A stretch of DNA of 64,000 bases. It comes from Octopus sinensis. Lineage: Eukaryota. The translations under genes and the position numbers were made by a program. The DNA is taken from positions 5,642,001-5,706,000 of the forward strand of contig NC_043023.1 of the NCBI RefSeq assembly GCF_006345805.1. The letters run 5' to 3'. Below, in pieces: positions 1 through 11,732 of this stretch (the first letter of the stretch is position 1; the number at the start of each line of letters is the position of its first letter). Under the pieces are notes generated by a model. It made no database searches and was not told the origin of the DNA. It saw only the letters and a program-made list of their open reading frames with translations.

Positions 1-90
1 ACCAGCATCGGTTGTCAAGTGATGTTGGGAGGACAAATATAGACACACAAATGTATACACACACGCATGCGTGTGTATATATATATATAT

Positions 91-890
91 CATCATCATC
101 ATTTAGCGTCCGTTCTCCATGCTAGCATGGGTTGGACGGTTCAACTGGGGTCTGTGAAGCTGGAAGGCTTCATCAGGCCCAGTCAGATCTGGCAGTGTTT
201 CTACGGCTGGATGCCCTTCCTAACGCCAACCACTCCGTGAGTGTAGTGGGTGCTTTTTACGTGCCACCTGCACAGGTGCCAGACAGAGCTGGCAAACGGC
301 CACGAACGGATGGTGCTTTTACGTGTCACCGGCACGGGGCCAGGCAAGGCTGGCAACGGACACGAACGGATGGTGCTTTTACGTGCCACCAACACGGGGG
401 CCAGACAGAGCTGGCAAACGGCCACGAACGGATGGTGCTTTTACGTGTCACCGGCACGGGGGCCAGGCGAGGCTGGCAACGGGCACGAACGGATGGTGCT
501 TTTACATGCCACCGACACGGGGGCCAGACAGGGCTGGCAAACGGACACGAACGGATGGTGCTTTTACGTGTCACCGGCACGGGGCCAGGCGAGGCTGGCA
601 ACGGACACGAATGGATGGTGCTTTTACATGTCACCGACATGGGGGCCAGACAGGGCTGGCAAACGGACACAAACGGATGGTGCTTTTACGTGTCACTGGC
701 ACGGGGGCCAGACAGAGCTGGCAAACGGCCACAAACGGATGGTGCTTTTACGTGTCACCGGCACGGGGGCCAGGCCAGGCTGGCAACGAACACGAACGGA
801 TGGTGCTTTTACGTGCCACCTACACGGGGGCCAGACAGGGCTGGCGAACGGCTACGAACGGATGGTACTTTTACGTGTCACCTGCACGGG
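91..890 (-). mobile_element. RTE LINE 3' UTR copy with expanded internal 60-62 bp tandem array
   Basis: (GAT)n tail plus GGTTGGCGTTAGGAAGGGCATCC motif; the same sequence lies 3' of the RTE ORF at 13150-13560; 11 tandem units over 249-890. Confidence 0.8.
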
Positions 891-1554
891 TTCCTGATGT
901 TGATCGACCTCAATTTGGTATATCTTTTACAAATACAACTGAGACATACTGATATAGTTTAGAATAACTGCAGCTGAGCCATTTAAATCAATTCATTAAG
1001 TATTGATTTGGAAACAGATTTCTGATTAAATTCCAATAAATCTGATTGTATTTACAATGTTGAGCATTATCAAATTTTTACATCAATTTGCGAGTATAAA
1101 AGAGTAAGCTCCCTTGCTACAAAAATAACAAAAACAAAGGAAAATTAGTCTGGATTTTGAAGTGGTTCCAAAATATTAATTGGAAATTAAATGGTTTTAA
1201 AGAACTCATTCAAATAGCGTACAAGTATATCACTTGTACACATCAATACTAGAGAAATGAAATGTTACACCAGATGAATTTGGATACACATGTCAGGTAC
1301 AATGACACTGAATTGTTGGAGCGTCGTACAAAATGGCATGCTAGGACTCTACATTCAGAGTTCAAATTCCATCAAGGTCGATTTTGCCTTTCATTTGTCA
1401 GAAAGTCGATAAAATAGTACCATATATCGGATTCCATATAACTGATTGTTTCCTCCCCATAAAATTTCAGGCCATTTGACTTACGGGGTGGACGGAATCG
1501 ATGGATTAGACAAAATATTTTGCTGTGTTTATATATATATATATATCACATATA

Positions 1555-1830
1555 TCACACACGATCACGTGACCAACCAGACCATCAGATGTTGTTACAC
1601 ATCGCTGGTCACAATGCGTTCGCATTGTTTTAGCCTTTGAATGACGCCACCCCGCTGGCTAAGCGAGCAGGTGAACAGAAGAAAGAGTGGTGAAAGAGTA
1701 CAGCAGGGATCAGCACACCCTGCCGGAGCCTCGTGGAGCTTTTAGGTGTTTTTCAGTCAGTAAACACTCACGATGCCCGGCCTGGGAATCAAAACCACGA
1801 TCCTACGACCGCGAGTCCGCTGCCCTAACC
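1555..1830 (-). mobile_element. tRNA-derived SINE, head B + tail i (5' clipped)
   Basis: GGTTAGGGCAGCGGACTCGCGGTC...GGTTTTGATTCC tRNA-like head; same family as 26080-26381. Confidence 0.75.
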
Positions 1831-2118
1831 ATATATGACGGGCTTCTTTCAGTTTTCGTCTACCAAATCCACTCACAAGGCTTTGGTCGGCTCGAGGTTA
1901 TAGTAGAAGACACTTGCCCAAGGTGTCACACTATGGGACTGAACCTGGAACCATGTGGTTAATAAGCAAGCTACATACCACACAGCCACTCCTACGCCTA
2001 GTGAATGAATAATACCAAAAAATTTGCAGTTTTCTGTTTTGTTACAATATCAATATATATATATATATATATATTTATCAATCTCTCTATTGATATATTT
2101 TTATATATCTCATTGCAG

Positions 2119-2180
2119 TGTCCCCTTATCTAAAGACCTTGTCAATGGTAGCCAGCACCAAGTTATTACATCTCCTACAA
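2119..2180 (+). CDS. HID1: HID1 internal exon (first in window)
   Basis: cattgcag|TG TCC CCT...CTA CAA|gtaagt gives (V)SPYLKTLSMVASTKLLHLLQ, matching the HID1 segment VSPYLKSLSMV..KLLHLLE. Ends in phase 0, compatible with the next exon. Not in the ORF track in this frame. Confidence 0.9.
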
Positions 2181-2714
2181 GTAAGTTCCACCATTCACTG
2201 TTTCACTTCTCTTTTTTAAGCAAAATATAAGAAAGTAAAACTGATTTACTGCCTATCAGTAAACATTCTATCACTGTATCTATCTTCTTTTCTGTCAGTC
2301 TTTGTGTCTGCTTGTCTGTCTCTATCAGTCTATTTGTCTGTGTGTGTGTATGGTCCCTACCAAGAATTCACATGGACCTTGAACCCACAAGAATAAACAA
2401 AAGAGACAGAGAAAGGCAGAAACAAGGAAAATGCCACTTATATTTGAACACTATACAAATATTCTTTTAAAGAAACTTTGCTTTTAATTTTTCTAAATTT
2501 AATTTTTTAATTGTTACAATTGAAAAGGTTTCAAATGACCAAAACCGATACTGAAATGTTCTTTATAAAATTATTTTACCATTTTCTATCTTGCATTTCT
2601 TCAAAAACTATGTCATTGTATGAAAAAAATTTATAACATTCTTCAGACATAATGACTCAAATATATATTTTTTAACCTTTTAAAACAAGCCTTCTGTAGT
2701 TTTTTCACTTTTTA

Positions 2715-2803
<89 letters not shown>

Positions 2804-2816
2804 ATTAAATGTAATG

Positions 2817-3135
2817 TGTGACAATTATTCAGTAGCCATGATAAAACTCCGAGTTTCGGATGTCAGGGTGGAAATCCACGCCACCATCTCTTCATTTATC
2901 CGCCCATCGGAAAAAATGCTATGAAAATGACCATTAAACAAAAGGAAGCATTTTTTCCAATGGCCAGATAACTGAAGAAATGGCGGCCTGGATTTCCACC
3001 CCGACATCCGAAACTCGGAGTTTTATCATGGCTACCAAATAATTGTCACATATTATATTTACAGATAAATTCCTCTATTTACATAATATCGAGGTCTCTT
3101 TCTTTCTTTTGTTGTCTTACCATTTCTATCAATAT
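2817..3135. mobile_element. Hammerhead-bearing Penelope pLTR-like repeat with inverted partial duplication
   Basis: About 95-bp arms form a hairpin over 2817-3050; second family member at 50016-50273. Confidence 0.7.
2967..3027 (+). ncRNA. Type I hammerhead ribozyme motif
   Basis: gataa CTGAAGA a.tg..tgga-tt-tcca..catcc GAAA ctcggag TT ttatc; stem I gataa/ttatc; GUU triplet. Confidence 0.6.
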
Positions 3136-3365
3136 ATATATATACACATGCACACATATCTGTCTGTCTCTGTCCCTCTGCTTCTCTCCTCTCTTTCTCT
3201 CTCCTCTCTCAGTGTCTGTCTGTCTCTTTCCAACTCTTGACCCTCTTTTGTGTCTCTTTCCTTAACTCTAATACTCTCCCTATTCACAATCTTTCTATTT
3301 CTCTTATACTCTCCTCTCTCTCTCAAACTCACTCTATATCTATTTTTCTCTTTATCTTTCCCCAG

Positions 3366-3468
3366 GCATTTAGTACTCCATGGTTTCTCTATGCCAGTCC
3401 AACAAACCATCATCTTGTGTTCTTCTTGTTAGAAGTTTTCAACAATATCATCCAATATCAGTTTGATG
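3366..3468 (+). CDS. HID1: HID1 internal exon
   Basis: cccag|GCA...GAT G|gtatgt; AFSTPWFLYASPTNHHLVFFLLEVFNNIIQYQFD(G), a conserved HID1 block; phase 0 to 1. Confidence 0.95.
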
Positions 3469-3729
3469 GTATGTATTCTCTTTTATCCCCCCCTCTGTCC
3501 CTCAAAAAGCAAAACTATATCCAGACTTCATTTGCACTGATGATCAACTGCAAAAGAGCTTTGGCTTTTCTTGTCTGGTCAGTTGTATCTGATGATTGCT
3601 AAGTCATACGCTCTTTAGGGAGATCTGATTTTACATGAAACCATCAAGTAACTTTAAATGAACAACATGGTTCTTAATATATAATACTGTATTCAAAATT
3701 ATACCCAGTCTCTATGGAATACACTTTAC

Positions 3730-3942
3730 TTTCTTTACTCTTTTACTTGTTTCAGTCATTTGACTGTGGCCATGCTGGAGCACTGCCTTTACTCAAACTA
3801 ATCAACCCCAGCACTTATTCTTTGTGAGCCCAGTACTTATTCTATTGGTCTTTTGCCAAACCGTTAAATGACGGGGATGTAAACACATCAGCATCGGTTG
3901 TGAAGCGATGTTGGGGGGACAAACACAAACACACAAACATAT

Positions 3943-4001
<59 letters not shown>

Positions 4002-4170
4002 CATATATACAACGGGCTTCTTTCAGTTTCGGTCTACCAAATCCACTCACAAGGCTTTGGTCGGCCCAAGGCTATAGTAGAAGACACTTGCCCAAGGTGC
4101 CACACAGTGGGACTGAACCCGGAACCATGTGGTTGGTAAGCAAGCTACTTACCACACAGCCACTCCTGCA
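3730..4170 (-). mobile_element. tRNA-derived SINE family A (full length, internal microsatellite)
   Basis: TGGCTGTGTGGT...GGTTCAGTCCC A/B-box-like head, central (TA/TG)n, tail ending (GAGTAAAA)n; about 18 full or partial copies in the window. Confidence 0.85.
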
Positions 4171-4429
4171 CACTTTTTCTCTAACTTTGAAGCACTTCAG
4201 AGAACTGTGAATGTGTATTCATGTATGTGTGTGTGTGTAAGTCATCATCAACATCATCCTTTAATGTCCATTTTCTATGCTGGTATAGACCCTCTCCTAA
4301 TTCAAAAAACTCGTTCCACCTCTCTCACTGTCTTTCTCTTGTTTTTTTCTCTCTTTCCTCTATATAATACCACCACCATTGACATTATTTGTCTCTGCGA
4401 CCGAACCAAATGTGAACGAAATCCTCCAG

Positions 4430-4654
4430 GTAACTCCAATCTTGTTTACACCATCATTCGTAAACGCAACGTGTTCCATCTTCTGGCCAACCTGCCCACT
4501 GAGCACTCGGCAATCGCACGGGCCCTCAGCAAGAGGGGAAAGAAGCTCTCGCACCCGCCTAGCGAGTCTAAGGAGCCAGAGACAATGGAAGGGGCTACAC
4601 CAGCTGCCGAAGCTGAACCAGGGACACTGAAAGTCTCCCTTGCTGCCACCCCAC
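4430..4654 (+). CDS. HID1: HID1 internal exon
   Basis: ctccag|GT AAC...CCA C|gtaagt; GNSNLVYTIIRKRNVFHLLANLPT...MEG..PAAEAEPGTLKVSLAATP; 225 nt, phase 1 to 1. Confidence 0.95.
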
Positions 4655-4762
4655 GTAAGTATCAGCATGAATGACACTATGCAACCACAGCTATTCATCA
4701 CTAAAGGCTTTTTTTTTGTGATATATTTATATTTTCTGTGTGTTGTTGTTGCTGTTGCTGCT

Positions 4763-5135
4763 TTGTTTGTTTGTTGAGCGAAGCGGTCTTCGTCCCAGAG
4801 TGGGAGAAGTCCGAAACGTGGTCCTTTGCTATTCATAAGACCTGCAGAAGAGAAAGCAGGTCAGCCCCCGACACCGAGAGCATCGACAGACGGATGAATG
4901 CACATCCAGGCTCAGCGGTTGCATAGGAAGTCGGGGACAAGAAACAGGAAGAAAGAGTGAGAGAAAGTTGGAGCGAAAGAGTACACCAGGGGTCGCCACC
5001 ACCCCTACCGGAGCCTTGTGGAGCTTTAGGTGTTTTTGTTCAATAAACACTCACAACGCCCGGTCTGGGAATCGAAACCACGATCCTCCAACCATGAGTC
5101 CGCTGCCCTAACTACTGGGCCATTGCGCCTCCACT
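4763..5135 (-). mobile_element. SINE head B + tail iii
   Basis: GGAGGCGCAATGGCCCAGTAGTTAGGGCAGCGGACTC head; (AAAC)n tail; TSD-like gctgttgctgct on both sides. Confidence 0.8.
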
Positions 5136-5229
5136 GCTGTTGCTGCTGTTGCTACTGCCATTTCATAATCCCAGTTAGCTGCATAGCTATGAGTAATCCT
5201 ATACATGTCACACCCCTACCTCACAAATG

Positions 5230-6260
5230 TAACCTTTTAGCATTTTAACCAGCCATATTTGGCCCAAATATTCTGTTCTATGTTCAAACTGGCCAGATCC
5301 CACCTCTCACACCCACCCTATATTGTCATTCTTAAAATAAGCTATCACATCATCAAAATCTTAAAGCTATGAGATTTTATTTTTTTATGCGCCCTTATCA
5401 AGCCTAGCCAGGCTCATGGACCTGCTTTCTGTGGCGTATGTCCCCCCTCCAGCTGGACGGGACGCCAGTCCATTGCAGCGTTACTCAAGAAACAGGAAGA
5501 GAGAGAGTGAGAGAAAGTTCGGGTGAAAGAGTACAACAGGGGTCGCCACCACTTCCTGCCGGACCCTTGTGGAGCTTTAGGTGTTTTCACTCAATAAACA
5601 CACACAACGCCCGGTCTGGGATCGAAGCCGCGACCCTCTGACCGCGAGTCCACTGCCCTAACCACTGGGCCATTGCACCTCCACAAAGCTATGAGATAAT
5701 ACATGATTAATTCAAAGCAATGTGAATAAATAAGCATTACATTTGACAGAGTAATCTGAATACTAAAGGTCATATCCAGCCAAAATATTCTGTTTTATGC
5801 TTAAGCTAGTCGGATTTGGCTTCTCACACCTACCCTACAATGTCATTCTAAAAATAATCACATCATCAAAATCTTAATGCGATGAGGTAAGCTATGGTTG
5901 ATTATTAATAACAATGTAAATAGATAAGCATTTTACTTGACAAAGTAATGTGAATGGTATAAGGTTAAACTGGCCATTTCCAGCTCAAATATTCTACCTG
6001 TTTTATGTTCAAACCAGTCAGATCCAACCTCTCACACCTACCCTACAATGTCATTCTAAAAATAATCACGTCATCAAAATCTTAATGTTATGAGATAAGC
6101 CATGACTAATTCCAAACAATGTGACTAAACCAGCATTACATTTGACTGAGTAAGTTGAATGCTAAAAGGATTCAACTGGCCACATGTGGCCCACATTCTG
6201 CTTTATGTTTAAACTAGCCAGACCTGGCCTCTCATACCTACCATAGAACGACATTCAACA
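5230..6260. repeat. Tandem array of about 200-bp MITE-like units
   Basis: About 4 diverged units bounded by taacc(c/t)ttagcatt / aatgctaaagg(g)tta-like ends; the first unit is interrupted by a SINE. Confidence 0.6.
5376..5684 (-). mobile_element. SINE head B + tail ii with 13-bp TSD
   Basis: TSD aaagctatgagat at 5363-5375 and 5685-5697. Confidence 0.85.
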
Positions 6261-6834
6261 AATAAGCAATCGCATAATCAAAGTCTCAATGCAACAAGCT
6301 TGTTGTATGTGTTTGTATGTATATACGAGCAAAAGCACCCCCCCACTGTCCAATGGATGGTGCTGAGTTGTCAAACATTTAAACCAAATTTTCTCAAAAC
6401 AACTTCTCCCTACCGTCCCATAGGCCTCCCCTTTGAGAAACACTGATTTAACCTAAATTTGAGACACCAGCAAAAGAAGAAATAAAGATTCACACTAACT
6501 GCGTAGTGTGAATGCTAAAGGCTTAACGCATATTCCAGCATGCAGCAAAGTATATGTGGTGCAGGATATATTGCATGCAGTTTCAACTGTGCAGTCTGTT
6601 GCTGTGCATCTGCACATCTGGTGGTGGTTGCAGCTAAAGGTGAACAAGGTGTATTTGGTTATGGTGTTGCAGTTCAGTCCTGTTGTGCATCGTGTTGTTG
6701 GTGTGCATCCCAAGTGCAGTGCTTGCAGCCAGGGAAATGGTTGATGTTGCAGCCATTTCCGTGTGGATGTGTACAATATGTATTACGATTACCTGGAGTG
6801 AGTGGGAGAGAGTGTCTTTAGGATGTTGCAGGTT

Positions 6835-8390
6835 TTGCTGTTGTTGTTTAACCACGGGTCAGTCCTGATCCAGCAGACCTATGATCAAAGATGATCCAGC
6901 TGTGACCACCTCATGTTATATTCAAACGTAGTGCATCCAGGACTACGTTATCTAATGAATAGTATATTAGTATTAATGGCAATAGTTGTTGTTGTTTTGC
7001 TTGTTCCTTCTTGAGCCATACCTGGCTCATAAGGGCCGGATTCCCAGTTTCTTGGCATATAGGTTCCCCACCTGGATGGGACGCCGGTCCATCACAGGTG
7101 AGCTGCAGGATGCAGGAGGAAAGAGTGAGAGAAAGTTGTGGTGAAAGAGTCAGCAGAAGTTTCGCCATTACCTTCTGCCGGAACCGCATGGAGCTTAGGT
7201 GTTTCGCTCATAAACACACACATCGCCCGGTCTGAGATTCGAACCCGCAATCCCTCGACTGTGAGTCCGCTGTTTTAACCACTAGGCCATGTGCCTCCAC
7301 ACAGTTGTTGTTGTTTAGCCACAGGTCAGTCCTGATCCAGTAGCCTATGATCAAAGATGTTCCAGCTGTGACCATCTGTTTTATTCAGACATAGTATATC
7401 TAGGACTACATTAGCTAATGTACGGTATAGTAGTTCTGTTATTTAGCCCTAGGTCAGTCCTGATCCAGTAGCCTATGATCAAAGATGTTCAAGTTGTGAC
7501 CATACCAGCTTTTATACACAGACATATTTATCTAGGACTACATTATTTAATGTATTATATAGTAGCTAGTATTTGTGGCTATATTTGTTTAGCCCCGGGT
7601 CAGTTTTGATCCAGCAGACTTATAATCAAAGATGTTCCTGCTGTGACCACCCTAACATTTCTGACATAGACATAGTGTATCTAGGACTACATTATCTAAT
7701 GTATAGTATATTAGTGGCCATAGTTGTTGTTTAGCCCCAGGTCAGTCCTGATCTACCAGACCTATGATCAAAAATATTCCAGCTGTGGCCATCCCATTTT
7801 TTATTCAGATATAGTGTATCTAGGACTACATTATCTAATGTATAGTATATTAGTGGCCATAGTTGTTGTTTAGCCCCAAGTCAGTCCTGATCTACCAGAC
7901 CTGTGGTCAAAGGTGTTCCAGCTGTGACCATCTCATCTTATATTCTCACATAGTGTATCTAGGACTACATTATCTAATGTATAGTATATTTAGCCCCAGG
8001 TCAGACCTGTGATCAAAGGTGTTCCAGCTGTGACCATCTCATCTTATATTCACACATAGTGTATCTAGGACTACATTATCTAATGTATAGTATATTTAGC
8101 CCCAGGTCAGACCTGTGATCAAAGGTGTTCCAGCTGTGACCATCTCATCTTATATTCACACATAGTGTATCTAGGACTACATTATCTAATGTATAGTATA
8201 TTAGTGGCCATAGTTGTTGTTTAGCCCTAGGTCAGTCCTGATCTACCAGACCTTTGATCAAAGGTGTTCCAGCTGTGGCCATCCCATTTTTTATTCAGAC
8301 ATAGTGTATCTAGGAGTACAATATCTGATGTATGGTAGATAGTGTCAGTGGCTGTAGTTGTTGTTGCTGCTATTAATGTTGTTGTTGTTG
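6835..8390. repeat. About 120-bp minisatellite array (interrupted by a head-B SINE at about 6998-7300)
   Basis: About 10 copies of gttgtttagccccaggtcagtcctgatc...tatctaggactacattatctaatgta; same unit at 32620-32920 and 46945-47660. Confidence 0.9.
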
Positions 8391-8395
8391 TGCAG

Positions 8396-8706
8396 GTCTT
8401 GACAATATGACTGAGAAATCTGCCCCTGATGAGGGCCATCACCAACCCACTCTCAAAGACCTGGCCAGCGGGGCTGCCACGATGCACAACGTTCAGCCGG
8501 CGAACAACATTCAGAATCCCACTGAAGAAGACGAGGAAGAAGAGGAGGAGGAGGCGGAAGAGGTGGAAGGTCGTGAGCAGGTGGCAGAGAGGAGAGACGT
8601 GGAGAGTGAGGACGAGGAGGAGGAGGATGCAGAAGAGGAGGACATGGGAATCGCCAGCCTCGGAATTGCTTCCGATGGCTCGACTTTGAACAAACCCAGC
8701 ATGTTT
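8396..8706 (+). CDS. HID1: HID1 internal exon (acidic variable linker)
   Basis: gtgcag|GT CTT GAC AAT ATG ACT GAG AAA TCT (RLDNMTEKS, cf. GIDKLTEKS) ...ATG TTT|gtaagt; phase 1 to 0 fits both neighbours. Confidence 0.85.
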
Positions 8707-9119
8707 GTAAGTATGTCTTTGTATTCTTCTATTTGTTTGTCATTTGACTGTGGCCATGCTGGAGCACCACATGGAAAAATTTTAATCAAACAGATCAACC
8801 CCTGACTTCTTTTTAAAGCCTCATACTTATTCTATCAGTCTCATTTGTTGAAGTGCTAAGTTATGGGGATGTAAACACAAGAGCACCGGTTGTCAAGCGG
8901 TGATGAGGAGACAAATACAGACACATGGACACACACACACACACACATACACACACACATATATATTGGCTTCTTTCAGTTTCTGTCTACCAAATCCACT
9001 CACAAGGCTTTCCTTGACTCAAAGCTTATAGTACAAGACATTTGCACAAGGTGGGACTGAACTTAGAACCATATGGTTGGTAAGCAAGCTTTTTACCACA
9101 CAGTCATGCCTGTGCCTAT

Positions 9120-9181
<62 letters not shown>

Positions 9182-9247
9182 CTGTGATATAATTATAACA
9201 GTTCAAATTTTAGCCATTTCTCTGCAGACTGAAAAAAATGATGAACA

Positions 9248-9290
9248 ACCTTAATCAATTTTCGAACCTTATTGGGGTCTCATCAGAGGC
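9248..9290 (-). ncRNA. Minimal type I hammerhead ribozyme motif
   Basis: GCCT CTGATGA GACCCC AATAA GGTTC GAAA ATTGA TTA AGGT; intact core. Confidence 0.65.
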
Positions 9291-9399
9291 AGCTACATCA
9301 TTCTGATAGCATATAAGACCATAGCGGATCTTCTAGCAAAATGGATGACCATTGTTAATGGTTCATCCCTGTTATATAATACTTTCACTTTAATAGTTT

Positions 9400-9645
9400 C
9401 AGTATTAAAGTGAAAGTGTTTGCATTACAAAAGAGAGATGTTTTTGTTTCACTTTTAACACGTAATACTGAAATAGTGGAGAAGATATGATATTGCTGTG
9501 GGGTCGCCCTAGGGAAAAAGTTACACTCCCCGGACCTTAAGTAAGGCATGTGTAAAATTTGAATGAAATTGGTTGTGTAGTTCTCAAGTTTTAGGGAAAC
9601 ACAGACAGACAGACAGACACATTCTCAGTTTTATATATATAGAGA
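9400..9645. mobile_element. Non-autonomous Helitron-like element end
   Basis: aaatttgaatgaaattggttg...(ACAG)n...cattctcagttttatatatatagagat resembles Lep1/DINE-type rolling-circle element termini (recognised from memory). Confidence 0.5.
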
Positions 9646-10024
9646 TAATAATAATCCTTACTACCGTAGGCACAAGGCCTGGAATTTGAGAGAAGGGGGC
9701 TAGTTGATCACATCGTCCCCAGTGCTCAATACTTATTTTATTGACCCTGAAAGGATGAAAGGCAAAGTTGACCTCGGTGGAATTTGATTTCAGGACATGG
9801 CAATAGGTGAAATACCACTGAGCATTTTATCCAGCACGATAACGATTTTGTCAGCTCACCACCTTAATAATAATGATAATAATAATAATAAGAAGAAGAA
9901 TGATGATGGTAATAATAATAATAAGAATAATTATGATGATGATGGTAATAATAATAATAAGAATAATGATGATGATAATAATAAGAAGTAGAAGAATGAT
10001 GATAATAATAATAATAAGAAGAAA

Positions 10025-10490
10025 TCAAATTCGATGACTGGCATCTGTGCTAGTGGAGCGCTAAGGGTACCATATGAGTGAGATCGTTGCCAGAGCAACA
10101 AGCCGGCTTTTGAGCTGATGGCACGTTAAAAACACCATTCGAGCGTGATCGTTACCTGCATCGCCTACTAGTACTTGTGCTGGTGACACGTGAAACAACA
10201 TTCGAGCGAGGTCGTTGCCAGTGCCACTGGACTGGCTCCTGTGCAGGTGGCACATAAAAAGCACCATTTGAGCATGGCCATTGCCAGTACCGCCTGACTG
10301 GCCCTCGTGCCAGTGGCATGTAAAAGCACCCACTACACTCTCGCAGTGGTTGGCGTTAGGAAGGGCATCCAACTGTAGAAACTCTGCCAAATCAAGATTG
10401 AAGCCTGGTGCAGCCATCTGATTCACCAGACCTCAGTCAAATCGTCCAACCCATGCCAGCATGGAAAGCGGACGTTAGATGATGATGATG
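10025..10490 (+). mobile_element. RTE LINE 3' UTR copy
   Basis: Diverged 60-bp units, GGAAGGGCATCC motif and (GAT)n tail. Similar copies at about 19140-19750, 23270-24000 (three in tandem), 33137-33900, 38290-38490, 44160-44652 and 46418-46613. Confidence 0.8.
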
Positions 10491-10565
10491 AATGATAATG
10501 TTATATCTGCTTTCTTTGTATGTTCTCTGATCTTTTTTTCTCCATCACTATTGTTTTATTTTCAG

Positions 10566-10981
10566 CCTTGCTCCCTCTCTCCAGAAAGTCTGACCTCTGC
10601 TGGTGGTGATGGTGTTGGCGTCGGTAGGGGAGGGCTCTCAAGTAGCAGTCCTCCTCCTCCTCCACCTCACTTACTGAGGACCGGGTCGTCAATGGGTTCA
10701 GCTGCTCCATGGGTGGCCACACCCGACTGGGTGTCCAGCTGGAAACAGAAGCTACCCTTGCAGACCATTATGCGCATGCTGCAAGTACTCGTACCCCAGG
10801 TGGAGAAGATTTGCATCGACAAGGGCCTGAAGGATGAGAGTGAGATCTTGAAGTTTCTCCAACATGGTACCCTAGTCGGTTTGCTACCCGTGCCACACCC
10901 AATTCTCATCCGAAAGTACCAAGCAAACAGTGGAACGACAATGTGGTTCCGAACTTACTTGTGGGGTGTGATCTATCTCAG
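10566..10981 (+). CDS. HID1: HID1 penultimate exon
   Basis: ttttcag|CCT...CTC AG|gtgagt; WKQKLPLQTIMRMLQVLVPQVEKICIDKGL.DESEILKFLQHGTLVGLLPVPHPILIRKYQANSGT.MWFRTYLWGVIYLR, the conserved HID1 C-terminal domain. Confidence 0.97.
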
Positions 10982-11049
10982 GTGAGTTTATTGCTGCTTA
11001 ACATTGTTGTTGAGGGTATATGATAATAATAATAATAATAATAATAATA

Positions 11050-11558
11050 GCTAATTGGAAGTGTCTTCATGTACATTGTTTTGTCTTGGTATAAAAGATG
11101 GGCTACAGCAAATATTCTGCTCAATACCACAGATTTGCTTGTCAGTTGTTTGACCTTAACCAGTTGACCATGTCCCTTAGTGGCTGACGATATGTGTATC
11201 TCTGATCATGAGCAGAAGTAGTGGGGGATCATCATAGCCATGTGTTGAGAGGGATTCTTAGAGGTTTGGATAATTCACCTTTGGAAACATGGGTGGTTCG
11301 TTCAACATCCTTAAACAACCCTTATTCAGGGACCTTTTGAGAGGGATGGGCTACTTGGCCAGAAGAAAATTTTAATTGGGTCCCACCTGCAAGGTCATGC
11401 GCTGTTTATCTTGATATGAGATCATCATGTCGTGCACATATGGTTGTGATGCATGTGCCTAGTGTATCCTTATCAGATGGGTAGTCATGATGGGTATACT
11501 GGGCTTTGTATAGTTTACCCCAGTGTCACTTTGATGGCATGCACTGCTCTCTCACTCA

Positions 11559-11560
<2 letters not shown>
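11050..11560. mobile_element. Interspersed element inserted in (AAT)n
   Basis: Highly similar to 38520-39075; both copies are flanked on both sides by (AAT)n. Confidence 0.75.
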
Positions 11561-11589
<29 letters not shown>

Positions 11590-11732
11590 TGATGATAATC
11601 ATTATGTTGGTAATGATAGTGATGATGATAATGATTATAACAATAATAATGGTGATGATGATAATGGTAATGATGATGATAATAAGGGTAATGGTGATGA
11701 TGATGATAACAGTGGCAGTGATGATGATAATG

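Noticed and set aside
132-962. Long ORFs in three frames and a CRISPR-like look
   Set aside because: Produced by a stop-poor 60-62 bp tandem repeat; no unique spacers, no cas genes, eukaryotic context.
5060-5133. tRNA gene candidates here and at other SINE heads
   Set aside because: No proper acceptor stem; they continue into SINE bodies with tails and TSDs.
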